DNA of 64,000 nt, from positions 44,339 to 108,338 of the forward strand of contig CAZLGP010000178.1 in assembly GCA_964558905.1 (NCBI GenBank), given 5' to 3'. Position 1 is the stretch's first letter; each line of letters starts with the position of its first letter. Under the pieces are notes generated by a model. The model had not been told where the DNA came from. It made no database searches and worked only from the letters and a program-made list of their open reading frames with translations. The translations under genes and the position numbers were made by a program. This document shows positions 1-9,411 of this stretch, in pieces. Source of the stretch: an uncultured Thermoanaerobaculia bacterium (GTDB lineage Bacteria > Acidobacteriota > Thermoanaerobaculia > Gp7-AA8).

Positions 1-160
1 ACGGCACCATCAATGATGCCGACCGTACGATTTCCGCGGACACGAGCTGCGGGAGCCCGGTGACCGTGGCGCTGCACAGCCCGACGTCGTCGGCGTGGAT
101 GATCACGACGCGGTCCGATGCGCCGAATCCGAGCTTGCGGAGGAAGGGATTCACGCGCAT
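1..160 (-). CDS. ChbG/HpnK (YdjC-like) family carbohydrate deacetylase, N-terminal part only (gene runs off the window start)
   Basis: Reverse translation from ATG 160-158 gives MRVNPFLRKLGFGASDRVVIIHADDVGLCSATVTGLPQLVSAEIVRSASLMVP. The IHADDxG and S-x-SLMV pattern is typical of the YdjC/ChbG N-terminus. The start overlaps the stop of the upstream GT gene by 10 nt. Absent from the ORF track because it is truncated. Confidence 0.5.
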   Translation of the reverse strand, partial: MRVNPFLRKLGFGASDRVVIIHADDVGLCSATVTGLPQLVSAEIVRSASLMVP

Positions 161-1212
161 TGCGCGGCCTCGGAGCGTTCCAGCGTCGCATCGATGAAGC
201 CGCGGATGCGCCGGCCGACGACCGGCAACGCGAACTGCTGCGCCCAGCGGGACGCGTCGATGCGCGCCTCCGCGGCGAGGGCCTGCTCGACGAGGTCGAG
301 GATCGATCCGCGCGCGCCGCCGACGTTGCCGATCACGCGCGGCCGAAGCTCGCCATCCGCGAACCCGTCGTACGCGCCGTTGACCACGCAGGTCGTCCCG
401 CAGGCCATGGCCTCGACCATGGCCATGCAGAAACTCTCGGCCGGTGAGGCATTGACGAAGAGCCGCGCGCGGTTCAGCAGCGACGCCAGCGCGTGCGCAT
501 CGAGCCAGCTCCGCGGCGATGCCGGCGCGAGCGGATCGGCGGTGCAGCGCACGGCGGTCCCGTCGATGTACGGCGCGATGACGTCGTATGCCGATGCCGG
601 ATCGGGTCCGCCCGCGAGCACGAGCGGCAGTCCAAAGCGATCGTAGATGCGGTCCCGATAGCCCTGTACGAGCTCGAGCTGATTCTTCATCGAGCAGATG
701 CGCGCCACGCAGACCACCACTTCCTCGGCCTTTCGCTCCTTCCGGAAGATGGCCGGATCGAAAGACCCGCCTAGCACGAGCACGTCCTCGCGGCCGGCCA
801 CGGGCGTGTGCGTGATCGCACCGAGGAAACGGTCGAAGACCGGGGTCGGCGTGTAACGCTCGACGAAACAGAACGACGGGATCTCGTCCGCCAACGCCAG
901 CACCATCTCTTCTTCGGGGATCGGGTTGAAGAAGAGCGCGAACGCGGGATCGAGCCCGCACAGCGTATCGATCGACGGGGCGACGCCCACCACCTCGCCG
1001 TAGTGCAGCAGGCGCGCGACGCCGCGGTGGGGATTGTGCAGGAACCAGACGTCGTAGTCGGCGAAGACGTGGTTCTGGTAATCGGCGACCAGGCGCTCGC
1101 AACCGCCGGTGACGACGGGATACGGGCTGAAGCGGCAGACCAGCAGGATTTTCGTTTTCAATCGATCCGGAGGAGGGGATGCGCGCCCGTGACGCGCATC
1201 CCCTGCGTGCAT
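151..1212 (-). CDS. Glycosyltransferase family 4 (GT-B fold, GT1/GT4-like)
   Basis: ORF 151..1215. The C-terminal region NASPAESFCMAMVEAMACGTTCVVNG matches the GT4 nucleotide-sugar binding motif. ATG 1212-1210 overlaps the TGA (1214-1212) of the upstream gene, indicating translational coupling. Confidence 0.75.
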   Translation of the reverse strand: MHAGDARHGRASPPPDRLKTKILLVCRFSPYPVVTGGCERLVADYQNHVFADYDVWFLHNPHRGVARLLHYGEVVGVAPSIDTLCGLDPAFALFFNPIPEEEMVLALADEIPSFCFVERYTPTPVFDRFLGAITHTPVAGREDVLVLGGSFDPAIFRKERKAEEVVVCVARICSMKNQLELVQGYRDRIYDRFGLPLVLAGGPDPASAYDVIAPYIDGTAVRCTADPLAPASPRSWLDAHALASLLNRARLFVNASPAESFCMAMVEAMACGTTCVVNGAYDGFADGELRPRVIGNVGGARGSILDLVEQALAAEARIDASRWAQQFALPVVGRRIRGFIDATLERSEAAQCA

Positions 1213-4200
1213 CACGGTTGCGGCGGTGTGCTGGGGGCGTTGGGCGGCGGTTCGCTCTGCCCGCGCCTACGGAATTGCTCCGAGCGCTCCACCGGCTTCG
1301 ACGTCGGATGGGGATCGTCGGCCGGCGCCGCGGAAGTCGTGGTGGCGCTGCCCGGAGGACAGGTGCGTTGCGGCGGCGGTGGGCACGGGAGCGAGTCGCA
1401 GACCCGCACGAGGCCCCACAGACCGCCCTGGAAATCGGCCGCGGGGTAGGTGCGATAGAGATAATCGCCGGTCACGCCCGACCTGCCTCCTGCGCGCGCG
1501 ACCAACTCGAAGCGGTCGTTCGGACCGTGGAGGTCGCGCGACCCGAGCCAGTTCGACGTCGGGTTGTCGCCGATCGTGCGCGAGTGATCGCGGAACGGCA
1601 GCTCCTGCCAGGCGTGTCCGTGCAGCGTCATCACCTGCTCGTTGCCGCTGCCGCCCGGATGGAGCATGCGCATGCGCATCGGCTCGCCGGCTCGGGCCTG
1701 GAAGACCGGCGTCTGCGGGTCGGATCCGATGAGCGCGTTCGAGACGGCGCAGGAGATGTCGTTCGCGAAAAGGAACGACTGGTTCGTCGACGGCTGGTTG
1801 TAGCGGAACAGGATCGGTTCCGTGCGGTAGTTGATGGCGTCGTTCGTGGCGGTGCCGTAGGAGTTCTGCAGGTCGTCCTGTTGAACGGAGACGAACTCGT
1901 GGAAGAGCGGAGCGGGCCTGGTGGCGCCGAGTGACGGACAGGGGATGGTGCCCTGGTAGATCCGAGCCGAGGCGCGGGAGGAGGCGCTGCTGTTCGTGTT
2001 CGACCACCAGTCGAGGCAGTGCGTCGTGTTGCGCGGCTCGACCACCATGGCCGCGACGAGCCCCTGCGTGTTCTGGAAAAGCGGATCGGGGGGCATGATG
2101 TTCAGGCCTCCGAGCTCCACCGGCTCGGCCTTGGTCGGCCGGCCGTCGTTCCCGAGCTCCAGATCGCCGGCGTACCAGTAGTACGTCACCGTCCCGGCAT
2201 TCGCCGAGGCCGTCTTCGGCGCCGCGATCTGCGCGGTGTTGTACCCGACCGGTTGGCCGTTGCTGTGCGTCGCGTCGTATGCGAGCACCTGCGGCGTCAT
2301 GCCTGCGTATGTCGATGCGTAGAGCTTCGAGTCGAGGAACGGCGAGACCGTCTTCGGCAGATTATCGAAGGTCTGTGCGGTCGTCGTGTTCGCGAGGTCG
2401 ATGCCGTTCGTCAGTTCGACCTGGATACACTCGCCCGCATTCGCGCGGAGGATGAGCGGCTCGATCGGGACGCCCGCCTTCAGCACGCCGTTCTCTAGGT
2501 CCTCGGTCTTCACATAGAGGAGGCCGACGGGATACGTCCTGCCGTCGGGGCCGATCTGGTTGGTGGTGATCTTCGTGCCGCGCGAGTTGAGCACGATCGT
2601 GAAGCCCGGCTGCACAGCCTGCGACGCCGGCACGGCGGTGACGCGGAACTTCCGCGTCGGTGCATTCGGTGGGCAACTGTAGCCGGCTCGGTTCGTCGTC
2701 GGCGGTAGCGGTGCCGGCTTCGGATTGGTCGATAGCGGGACGAGGTCGTCCTGCTTCCGGCGATAGGCCCGAAAGATTCCCCACATGCCGTCGCTGAGAC
2801 CCGGTGCGCTCGTGTTCTGGTCGGCGCGGTAGAGATAGTCGGCGAAGTCGGCGTTGCCCGGAGAGCCGCTGGCGGTGCGCGGCACGCGGGTGAGCAGCTC
2901 GAAGTGCTCGGAGATGCCGATGGCCTGGAGGTTCCGGTACCCGGAGTTGTTGACGGACTTCGGGTCGACCGGCGTGCCCGGCTCGAAGAACCACTTCATG
3001 CCGTTGACGCCGAAGGTGTGGGGCAGCACGTGCGCGCCCGCGATGAGGCGGATCTGCACGTTGTCTCCTTCGTAGGCACGGAGCAGCGCCGTGTACGGAT
3101 CGTAGCCGGTCACGCCGCCGGTCAGCTTCGGCGGGTACTTGAAGCCGCTCGCGCCGATGGCGGCGCCGGGTGTCGGCTGAACGTTGAACTGCGGATTCGA
3201 CCGCTCGATCGACGCGAAGACGTACGCGAGATCGTTCGCCGGCGGCAGCGGCGCCGTCGACGTCGGTAGCGTGCCCGAGGCGTCCGTCAGTCGCGGCGGC
3301 AGCGGCTCGTTGCGATAGTTCACCGACATCGTGCCGGTCGTCCCGCCGCTGCTGACGAGCGATGGGCAGGGACCGATGCTGGCGTCGACACCGGGCGAGC
3401 ATCCCTGCGGATTGATGACCGGAAGCGTGGAGGGACTGGAGTACGCGGATGTCGGCTCGGCCCATGTGGGATTGTTCGGGCTGTACGACTCCGTGCCCGC
3501 GGACGAGCGGCTGTCTTTCGTGTACGCGAGCTGCGTATCGGCGAGGGCGATGGCGAACTCGCGATACGTGTCCGCGCTGGTCTGGCCGGGGTACGGCTCC
3601 GTCTCGATGACTGCCTGCCACGACGTCGGGCCGCCGTCGGCGCGACCGACGCCGAGCTGCACGCCGGTTTCGTTGTCGTACCACTTCGAGCGAGGCGGCT
3701 CCACGACGAGCGCGGCGTAGAGGCCGGTCTGCTGGTGCGTCGAGGGGCCGAAATGATCGTGCGTGAAGACGGTGCGGATGGTGCGATCCATCCCCTTGCC
3801 CGGCTCGTCGTTCAGCAGCGGGTCGGCGAACCAGCGCTGCACGGTGGTCTGCGCTCCCACCCAGTCGGCGGGACAGGGCGTGGCGACGTTCGAGCCGTCG
3901 GGGATGCCGGTGCAGATCTCCGCCGGCGGCGGCGTCGGCGCGCGCTTCGTGCGATTCGCCGTGCCGGCCGTGCAGTTGGGGATGCCGCTGTAGGGATTGG
4001 ACGGGTCGAACTGCAGGTTGAGCAGGCCGCCGCAGTCGTTGATGTCTTCGATGCGGCCGCGCACTTCATCCGGGCTGAACGTGCCGTCCTCGTAATTGAA
4101 GCCGTTGCCCGCGCCATCGGAGGCTGTGACGTCGAACTTCACGAGGTGGATGTGCTGGCCGATGATGTCCGTCGGCGTGCGCACCTGATAGTCGTCGAGG

Positions 4201-6779
4201 AGGTAATAGTCGGGGACGAGGTTGGTGTGCCAGTACTCGACCCCTTCGCCCGAGTTCGTGCGGAAGAAGAACGGTTGCGGCGGACGCGGCACCTGTCCCG
4301 GATCGCCGAGGGTTGGACGGACGTCGGACCAGAGCGCGAGCATGCGCGACTGCGGAAAGTGCCACCCGATCTTGTTGAGCACGAGGTCCGTCTGGAACAC
4401 CGCCGCGCGGTAGCGGCGGATGCGGTCCGACGGCAATGCGTGCGCGCGATTGTCGGCGCAGATGTCCTCGCGGTTCTGATTCTCGAAAATCGGATCGAGG
4501 GCCGGATCCGCGTACGGCGCGCCCGGCGCCGGCGGCAGGCCGTTGGTCCGGAAGCGTCCCCGGGTACCGTCAGGGAAGAACGTGTCGTGGAAGCAGACGG
4601 AGTGGAAGTCCATGGCCACCCGCTCGGTGGGCGTTCCTTCCTCCGGCAACTGCATGGCGTTGATGTTCTTCAGGTCCTTGCTGAAGTCGAAGCGATTGTG
4701 CTGTTCGTTCTCGATCGCACCGGTGAAGATGATGTGACGGGGCAGCCCACCGTCCAGCGTCTTGCCGTTGTCGACCGCGAAGTCGAGCGGCGGATGCGGC
4801 CCGCGCATGCCTCCGATGCCGGGGATGAAGAAGGGGAAACCGGGATTGCGTCCCTCCTTCAAATCGTCGGGGTGGACGGCAGTGGTGTAGCCGGCGGTGA
4901 GACCGTCGGCGGTCACCGGCACGAGCTTCACCCGCGCGGGGATCGGCGCCATCGGCACGTCGGGAAGAGGCACGACGGCGGGGATCGGCGTGCCGTTGGC
5001 GATCTCGCCGTCGGGCAGGGCCCGGGTCCAGTCCACGACCGAGGGGATGCCTTCGCGGTCGAGCAGCGTGCCGCCCTCGAAGACGTCGTGCGTCCGCCAG
5101 AGGCTCCACATGCCCGCCGCGAAGTGCGGATAGAAGTGACAGTGGAAGATGGAGTCGCCGACGGTCTTGTTGCGGTTGCCGCCTCCGTTGTAGGCGATGT
5201 CGAGCGTGTACGACGCCCCCATGGTGATCATCTGCGAGTCGAGGTACGTGCTCTCCTGGCTGTTCTCCGTGTGCAGCCACTGGTGGGCGTGCTGGTGATG
5301 CACGTGCGTGTTCACGCTGCCACCGTGAAGGATGCGGAACTTGACGTGATCGTTGATGTAGCTGTGGTAGACGTTCGACGGGTCGTCCGGGTAGAGGACG
5401 CGCTTCGCCTTGCGCAAGGGCACCATGTAGCCGGCGGAGTTGATCGAGCCGGCATCGACGAAGCACGGCGTCGATGGTGGAATCTTCAGCGTCGCTTGGG
5501 TGAGTTGTTCCGTAGTGCAGCGGCTGTTGGCCGTTCCCGGCCACTCCACCACCTGTGCCGGATCGCCGACTGCCCATGAGCTGAGGAAGAACTCCTCGAA
5601 CTTGCAGTCGGTGCAGCCTCCCTCGGGTCCGACGCCGAGCCGGTTGGCCAGCACCTCGGCGCCGATGCCGCCGGTGCCGTAGTTGATGGCGAAGTTGTCC
5701 TGTCCCGCGTTCATCACCGCGGCCAGGGAGTAGTCCGGTGGCGCGAGCGGGTCCCGCGACGGCGGCGAGTTGAAGCCGTAGAACTCGGGGAAGGCCTGCA
5801 CCGCGTCGTTGACCTCGTGATAGATGATCGTGAACTCGCGATACGCGCGGTGGCGCGCCGGCTCGGCGTAGTTCGGCGGAGGAGGAGGCGTGAACGGCGG
5901 CGCGATGAGCGCCGTCAGGTCGGTCGACACGAGGTTGTTGTCCTGGTCGAGCATCCGCAGGACCGGCGAGCCGGCCCGGTCGCCAGATCCCGGCGGATAG
6001 ACGGCGTTGTAGTTCAGGATCGGATGGCCGTCCGCGGTCTTCCCGGTCGCCGCGTACTCGAGATCCTGCCGTGTCACCTGGCTGCGGTACCACGTCGAGC
6101 CGGCTGGCTGGACGTTGATCGCGCCGAACAGGCCGCTCGCGAGCTGCGCCCCGTCGACGAGGCCCGCGTAGCCGCCGATGTCCGCCGCGGTGCTGAAGAG
6201 GAGGAAGCTCCCTTCCGCGTGGGCCTGCAGCGTGTAGACGGTCGGCGGAGCGGTGGTCGGCGACGGCGCGGCCAGACTGCTGGCATTCGCGCCGGCATTG
6301 CTGCCGTCGTCGCCGCTCGTCGATGTCCACTCCGTTCCCATGAGGTGCATCGACGCGGTGCGTGTCGCCGGCAGCAGGCCGGCACCCGGCAGTCCCGTGG
6401 TGGTCGGGCTGAGGAGGTTCCAAAAGCGGATCGTCAGACGGTCGCCCACGTTCATCCGCAGCACGATCGGCCGCGGACGCCTGTCACGCCGCAGCGAAAC
6501 CTGCCCCGGCTGCAAGTCGAACGGTCCGTGCGTACTGGCCGTGCAGTCGGCACCGCCCGAGTAACAGTTGCTCGGGACGACGTCGCGTCGCAGCGCGAAG
6601 ATCATCCCCTGCGGCAGCGCCGCACCGCGCCGGTTCAGCATGATCACCTGATCGAGCGCGACCACCTCTGCATGAAGGTGGCGCCCGCTCACAGGGGCCT
6701 TGCCCTGTGCCACCAGCGGGGACACGGACACGAAAAGCGCAAACGCGAGCCACGACCCGAACTTCGCGAGACGAAGCAT
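1212..6779 (-). CDS. Giant secreted multicopper-oxidase-like protein (~1855 aa, multiple cupredoxin-like domains)
   Basis: ORF 1212..6908. Internal ATG at 6779 begins a Sec-type signal peptide, MLRLAKFGSWLAFALFVSVSPLVAQG. Copper-site motifs: HVHHQHAHQW and FHCHFYPHFAAGMW (exact HCHxxxHxxxGM pattern). Second set: HIHLVKFD and THDHFGPSTHQQTGLY (Cys replaced by Asp). Third: LHGHAW. Pro-rich C-terminal tail. Confidence 0.8.
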   Translation of the reverse strand: MLRLAKFGSWLAFALFVSVSPLVAQGKAPVSGRHLHAEVVALDQVIMLNRRGAALPQGMIFALRRDVVPSNCYSGGADCTASTHGPFDLQPGQVSLRRDRRPRPIVLRMNVGDRLTIRFWNLLSPTTTGLPGAGLLPATRTASMHLMGTEWTSTSGDDGSNAGANASSLAAPSPTTAPPTVYTLQAHAEGSFLLFSTAADIGGYAGLVDGAQLASGLFGAINVQPAGSTWYRSQVTRQDLEYAATGKTADGHPILNYNAVYPPGSGDRAGSPVLRMLDQDNNLVSTDLTALIAPPFTPPPPPNYAEPARHRAYREFTIIYHEVNDAVQAFPEFYGFNSPPSRDPLAPPDYSLAAVMNAGQDNFAINYGTGGIGAEVLANRLGVGPEGGCTDCKFEEFFLSSWAVGDPAQVVEWPGTANSRCTTEQLTQATLKIPPSTPCFVDAGSINSAGYMVPLRKAKRVLYPDDPSNVYHSYINDHVKFRILHGGSVNTHVHHQHAHQWLHTENSQESTYLDSQMITMGASYTLDIAYNGGGNRNKTVGDSIFHCHFYPHFAAGMWSLWRTHDVFEGGTLLDREGIPSVVDWTRALPDGEIANGTPIPAVVPLPDVPMAPIPARVKLVPVTADGLTAGYTTAVHPDDLKEGRNPGFPFFIPGIGGMRGPHPPLDFAVDNGKTLDGGLPRHIIFTGAIENEQHNRFDFSKDLKNINAMQLPEEGTPTERVAMDFHSVCFHDTFFPDGTRGRFRTNGLPPAPGAPYADPALDPIFENQNREDICADNRAHALPSDRIRRYRAAVFQTDLVLNKIGWHFPQSRMLALWSDVRPTLGDPGQVPRPPQPFFFRTNSGEGVEYWHTNLVPDYYLLDDYQVRTPTDIIGQHIHLVKFDVTASDGAGNGFNYEDGTFSPDEVRGRIEDINDCGGLLNLQFDPSNPYSGIPNCTAGTANRTKRAPTPPPAEICTGIPDGSNVATPCPADWVGAQTTVQRWFADPLLNDEPGKGMDRTIRTVFTHDHFGPSTHQQTGLYAALVVEPPRSKWYDNETGVQLGVGRADGGPTSWQAVIETEPYPGQTSADTYREFAIALADTQLAYTKDSRSSAGTESYSPNNPTWAEPTSAYSSPSTLPVINPQGCSPGVDASIGPCPSLVSSGGTTGTMSVNYRNEPLPPRLTDASGTLPTSTAPLPPANDLAYVFASIERSNPQFNVQPTPGAAIGASGFKYPPKLTGGVTGYDPYTALLRAYEGDNVQIRLIAGAHVLPHTFGVNGMKWFFEPGTPVDPKSVNNSGYRNLQAIGISEHFELLTRVPRTASGSPGNADFADYLYRADQNTSAPGLSDGMWGIFRAYRRKQDDLVPLSTNPKPAPLPPTTNRAGYSCPPNAPTRKFRVTAVPASQAVQPGFTIVLNSRGTKITTNQIGPDGRTYPVGLLYVKTEDLENGVLKAGVPIEPLILRANAGECIQVELTNGIDLANTTTAQTFDNLPKTVSPFLDSKLYASTYAGMTPQVLAYDATHSNGQPVGYNTAQIAAPKTASANAGTVTYYWYAGDLELGNDGRPTKAEPVELGGLNIMPPDPLFQNTQGLVAAMVVEPRNTTHCLDWWSNTNSSASSRASARIYQGTIPCPSLGATRPAPLFHEFVSVQQDDLQNSYGTATNDAINYRTEPILFRYNQPSTNQSFLFANDISCAVSNALIGSDPQTPVFQARAGEPMRMRMLHPGGSGNEQVMTLHGHAWQELPFRDHSRTIGDNPTSNWLGSRDLHGPNDRFELVARAGGRSGVTGDYLYRTYPAADFQGGLWGLVRVCDSLPCPPPPQRTCPPGSATTTSAAPADDPHPTSKPVERSEQFRRRGQSEPPPNAPSTPPQP

Positions 6780-7002
6780 GACGACCTCCTGCTCGTTCGA
6801 CCCTTTCTGCGGAAGACGTTTTGCGGGCGCGGGTTGTGAAACGGGTGGCTTCGCGCCGTTGTCGCGAATCCTCGAGCGGAGTGTCGGATCGTCTTGATGG
6901 ACGGCCAAACTCCAGACAGCGCGCGTGCGCGCCGACGCCGGTGCCCTTGCCGCTTCGCCAACGACGAGCCTCCAAGGACTCGGGCGTCTGCCCGCGCGGG
7001 CC

Positions 7003-7042
7003 GCGTGCGCGTCAGCCGCCGAGTCGGCGGCTGACGCCTGGG
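7003..7042. repeat. Hairpin repeat, family H copy 1 (GCGTGCGCGTCAGCCGCC ... GGCGGCTGACGCCTGGG)
   Basis: Perfect 11-bp stem: cgtcagccgcc (7010-7020) and ggcggctgacg (7026-7036), with a 5-nt loop. The 18-nt left flank gcgtgcgcgtcagccgcc recurs at 43609-43626. Lies between the BlaR1-like stop (7080) and the MCO start (6779). Confidence 0.8.
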
Positions 7043-7079
7043 TTCGAGACGGGCGGTCCTTCCGCCCACTCCCCGAAGG

Positions 7080-9410
7080 TCAGTACTTCCACCTCGGATC
7101 GCGATGCAGACGGTCCAGGTCGTCGTCCCTGCGCGCGTGTTCGGCCACTTTGAATCCGCTCTCCTCGGCCTTCCGCAGCCATTCGAACGCCGCGTCGCGA
7201 TCTCCCTGGAGCGCATACGCGCAGGCCATGTTGTAGGACGACGTCCCGACGCGATAGTTCAGCTCGAGCGCGCGCCGGAACGCGTCCAGGGCCGTCGGAT
7301 AGTCGCGGGCCTGCAGTGAGGTGTAGCCGAGGTTGAACGATGCGCGGCCGGAAGTGGGGTGTTTCCGCACCATCGCCCGATGGTGCTCGACCGAGTTCCT
7401 CCAGTTGTCGAAGAAGAACGACGCCGGGCCGTCGCAGCATCCGCGCATCTCGAGGTCCTTCGCCTTTTCGCGGACGCGATCGAACCCGGGCTGCGTGCGG
7501 AGGAAGGCGACGTCGGGATCGTGCGCGAGCTTGTCGTCGTCCGAATAGCCGTTCTCGACCGCCTTGTCGAGCCAGGCCATGCCGTTGCGCGCATCGCCCT
7601 TGAGCGAGTACGCGCAGGCGATGTTGTACATGGACGAACCGATCTTCTCGCCCGCAACGATGGAGGCCTGGAACGCTTCGACGCTCTCATCGAGCTTGCG
7701 CAGCCTCAGGAGGTCGAGGCCGGCATCGAACCAGTCGTCGCCTTTGTGCTTCCGCGCATCGCGTTTCAGCCGCTCGACTTTCTCGATGACTCTGCGCTCG
7801 CGTCGTGTGACGACGTCGGACTGTTTCGATTCGAGCACCGCGCGGAAGCGGCCGTCGCTGCGGATCGGATCGAAGTCGGAGTCGTCGGCGATGTGATCGA
7901 AGTCGTCCCAGCCTGCGTCGATCGCCCGCTCGAGCTCGGCCATTGCCTGATTCGCATCGCCGAGGAGCGCCCACGAACAGGCGGCGTTGTAGTACGACGT
8001 CGCGGGACGATAGCCCTCGTCTCCGGCCCGGCGGAACGCCGCCGCAGCCTCGGCATAGCGATCGTTGCGATAGAAGTCGTACGCGCGCTCGTACCGTTCC
8101 TCGGCATTTCGTGGCTCGCGAATCCAGCGGTCGGCGCGCTTGTCGTATTTGCCGAGCTTGGCCAGGAGGTAGTCGCCGATGGCCTCGACGTCGGGTTTGA
8201 CGTCGACCTCGGCGTCGCTCCGGATCTCTTCCTCGATCTGGGCCTTCGTGTCCTCGATGATCACCTGCTTCGCGTTCTGCACCTCCGACGGGCGGGCGAT
8301 GAGGCGCAGCGCGGACACAGGGGCGATCACAGCGACGGCGAGCGCGCATGCGATGGCGACGTTCCGGCCGCTGAACGCCCGCCGCACCGTGTCTCTCTGC
8401 AGAATCGACAGGAGGCGTCCTTCGAGCTGCGTCTTTCGCGACATGGCGAGCGTCACGGAACGGAAGGGATCGAAGGCCGGCATCGTACGCGCGATCGCCA
8501 GTAGGTGATCGGCGTAGTCGGAGGGCTTCGTCCCGCTGGCGAGCACCAGGTCGTCGCATGCGCGCTCGCACTCGCTGCGGCCGGCGCGCTCGAGCGACCA
8601 GACCAGCGGATGGAACCAGAACAGGGAGACTGCCGCCCGAGTCAGGAGGAGCGATACGCCGTCCCAGCGCTTGAGGTGCGCGAGCTCGTGCAGCAGCACC
8701 ACGCGCAGGCGCTCGGCGGGCCAGGTGACGACGTCCGGCGGCAGAAGGAGGACAGGACGGAAGAACCCCCACACGATCGGCACGGCCACTCGGGGAGAAC
8801 GGAGAAGGCGGACGTCCCGCCCGAGGGCGAGACGGTCGCGTGCGGAGTCGAGCTCGAGCAGCGCAGTTGTGGAGGTCAGCTCCTCCGCGTCACGCCCGAC
8901 GAACCAGACACCCAGCATGCCCAGGAACATGTGGCCGAGCATCAGCAGCGAGCCGATGCCGATCGCCACGACGATCATCCCTTTCCAGGTCGAACGGACG
9001 ACGTTCGTCGTGCGCTCGATGACCGAGATGGGGGCATCGACGAGGCCGGTGGCCCTGGCGACGGAGATGGCGGTGGCGATGGGCTCGTTGTCGGAGAGGC
9101 CGACAGTTGCCTGTTGCCCGTTGCCCGTTGTCAGGGCTGTTTCGCCCGGGCGAGACTGCACGGGGAACGGGTCACGGGTCACGGGCAACTCCAGGGAGGG
9201 CAACACCAGCGTCGCGATCGGCATGGCCGCCACGGCAACCAATGCCGCGGTCGCCACCATGTGCTTCATGGCCGCGGAGGCTCTCGGCATTGCCATGAGC
9301 AGCAGGCGGGCGATGGCGAGGATGAGCGTGGCCTTGACGACCATCCACAGCATTCCTTCCGCGGCGTTCGCGGACTGCAGTCGTGCGGCGAGCTCGAACA
9401 GCGTCGTCAT
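7080..9410 (-). CDS. M56 family metallopeptidase (BlaR1-like signal transducer) with C-terminal TPR repeats
   Basis: HELAHLKRWD (HExxH of the M56/BlaR1 family), N-terminal TM segments, and a C-terminal half made of TPR-like repeats (YYNAACSWALLGDANQAMAELERAI, YNIACAYSLKGDARNGMAWLDKAV, YNMACAYALQGDRDAAFEWLRKA). Its start lies 1 nt downstream of the BlaI-like gene stop. Confidence 0.85.
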   Translation of the reverse strand: MTTLFELAARLQSANAAEGMLWMVVKATLILAIARLLLMAMPRASAAMKHMVATAALVAVAAMPIATLVLPSLELPVTRDPFPVQSRPGETALTTGNGQQATVGLSDNEPIATAISVARATGLVDAPISVIERTTNVVRSTWKGMIVVAIGIGSLLMLGHMFLGMLGVWFVGRDAEELTSTTALLELDSARDRLALGRDVRLLRSPRVAVPIVWGFFRPVLLLPPDVVTWPAERLRVVLLHELAHLKRWDGVSLLLTRAAVSLFWFHPLVWSLERAGRSECERACDDLVLASGTKPSDYADHLLAIARTMPAFDPFRSVTLAMSRKTQLEGRLLSILQRDTVRRAFSGRNVAIACALAVAVIAPVSALRLIARPSEVQNAKQVIIEDTKAQIEEEIRSDAEVDVKPDVEAIGDYLLAKLGKYDKRADRWIREPRNAEERYERAYDFYRNDRYAEAAAAFRRAGDEGYRPATSYYNAACSWALLGDANQAMAELERAIDAGWDDFDHIADDSDFDPIRSDGRFRAVLESKQSDVVTRRERRVIEKVERLKRDARKHKGDDWFDAGLDLLRLRKLDESVEAFQASIVAGEKIGSSMYNIACAYSLKGDARNGMAWLDKAVENGYSDDDKLAHDPDVAFLRTQPGFDRVREKAKDLEMRGCCDGPASFFFDNWRNSVEHHRAMVRKHPTSGRASFNLGYTSLQARDYPTALDAFRRALELNYRVGTSSYNMACAYALQGDRDAAFEWLRKAEESGFKVAEHARRDDDLDRLHRDPRWKY
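9105..9190. repeat. Family C tandem-heptamer hairpin embedded in the BlaR1-like CDS
   Basis: Left arm agttgcctgttgcccgttgcccgttg (9105-9130). Right arm aacgggtcacgggtcacgggcaact (9166-9190), about 80% complementary. Same GGGTCAC/GGGCAAC units as the intergenic copy at 17703-17752. Encodes the loop LPVTRDPFPVQSRPGETALTTGNGQQATV between TM segments. Confidence 0.7.
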
Positions 9411-9411
9411 G

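Noticed and set aside
3735-5579. Long alternative-frame and antisense ORFs across the window. Examples: 3735..5579(+), 4570..6423(-), 10922..13756(-), 50145..52232(-), 35206..36414(-), 59761..60690(-).
   Set aside because: They overlap genes with clear family motifs. Their translations are Arg/Ala/Gly/Pro-rich low-complexity strings with no motifs, which is the usual stop-codon-poor artefact of high-GC DNA.
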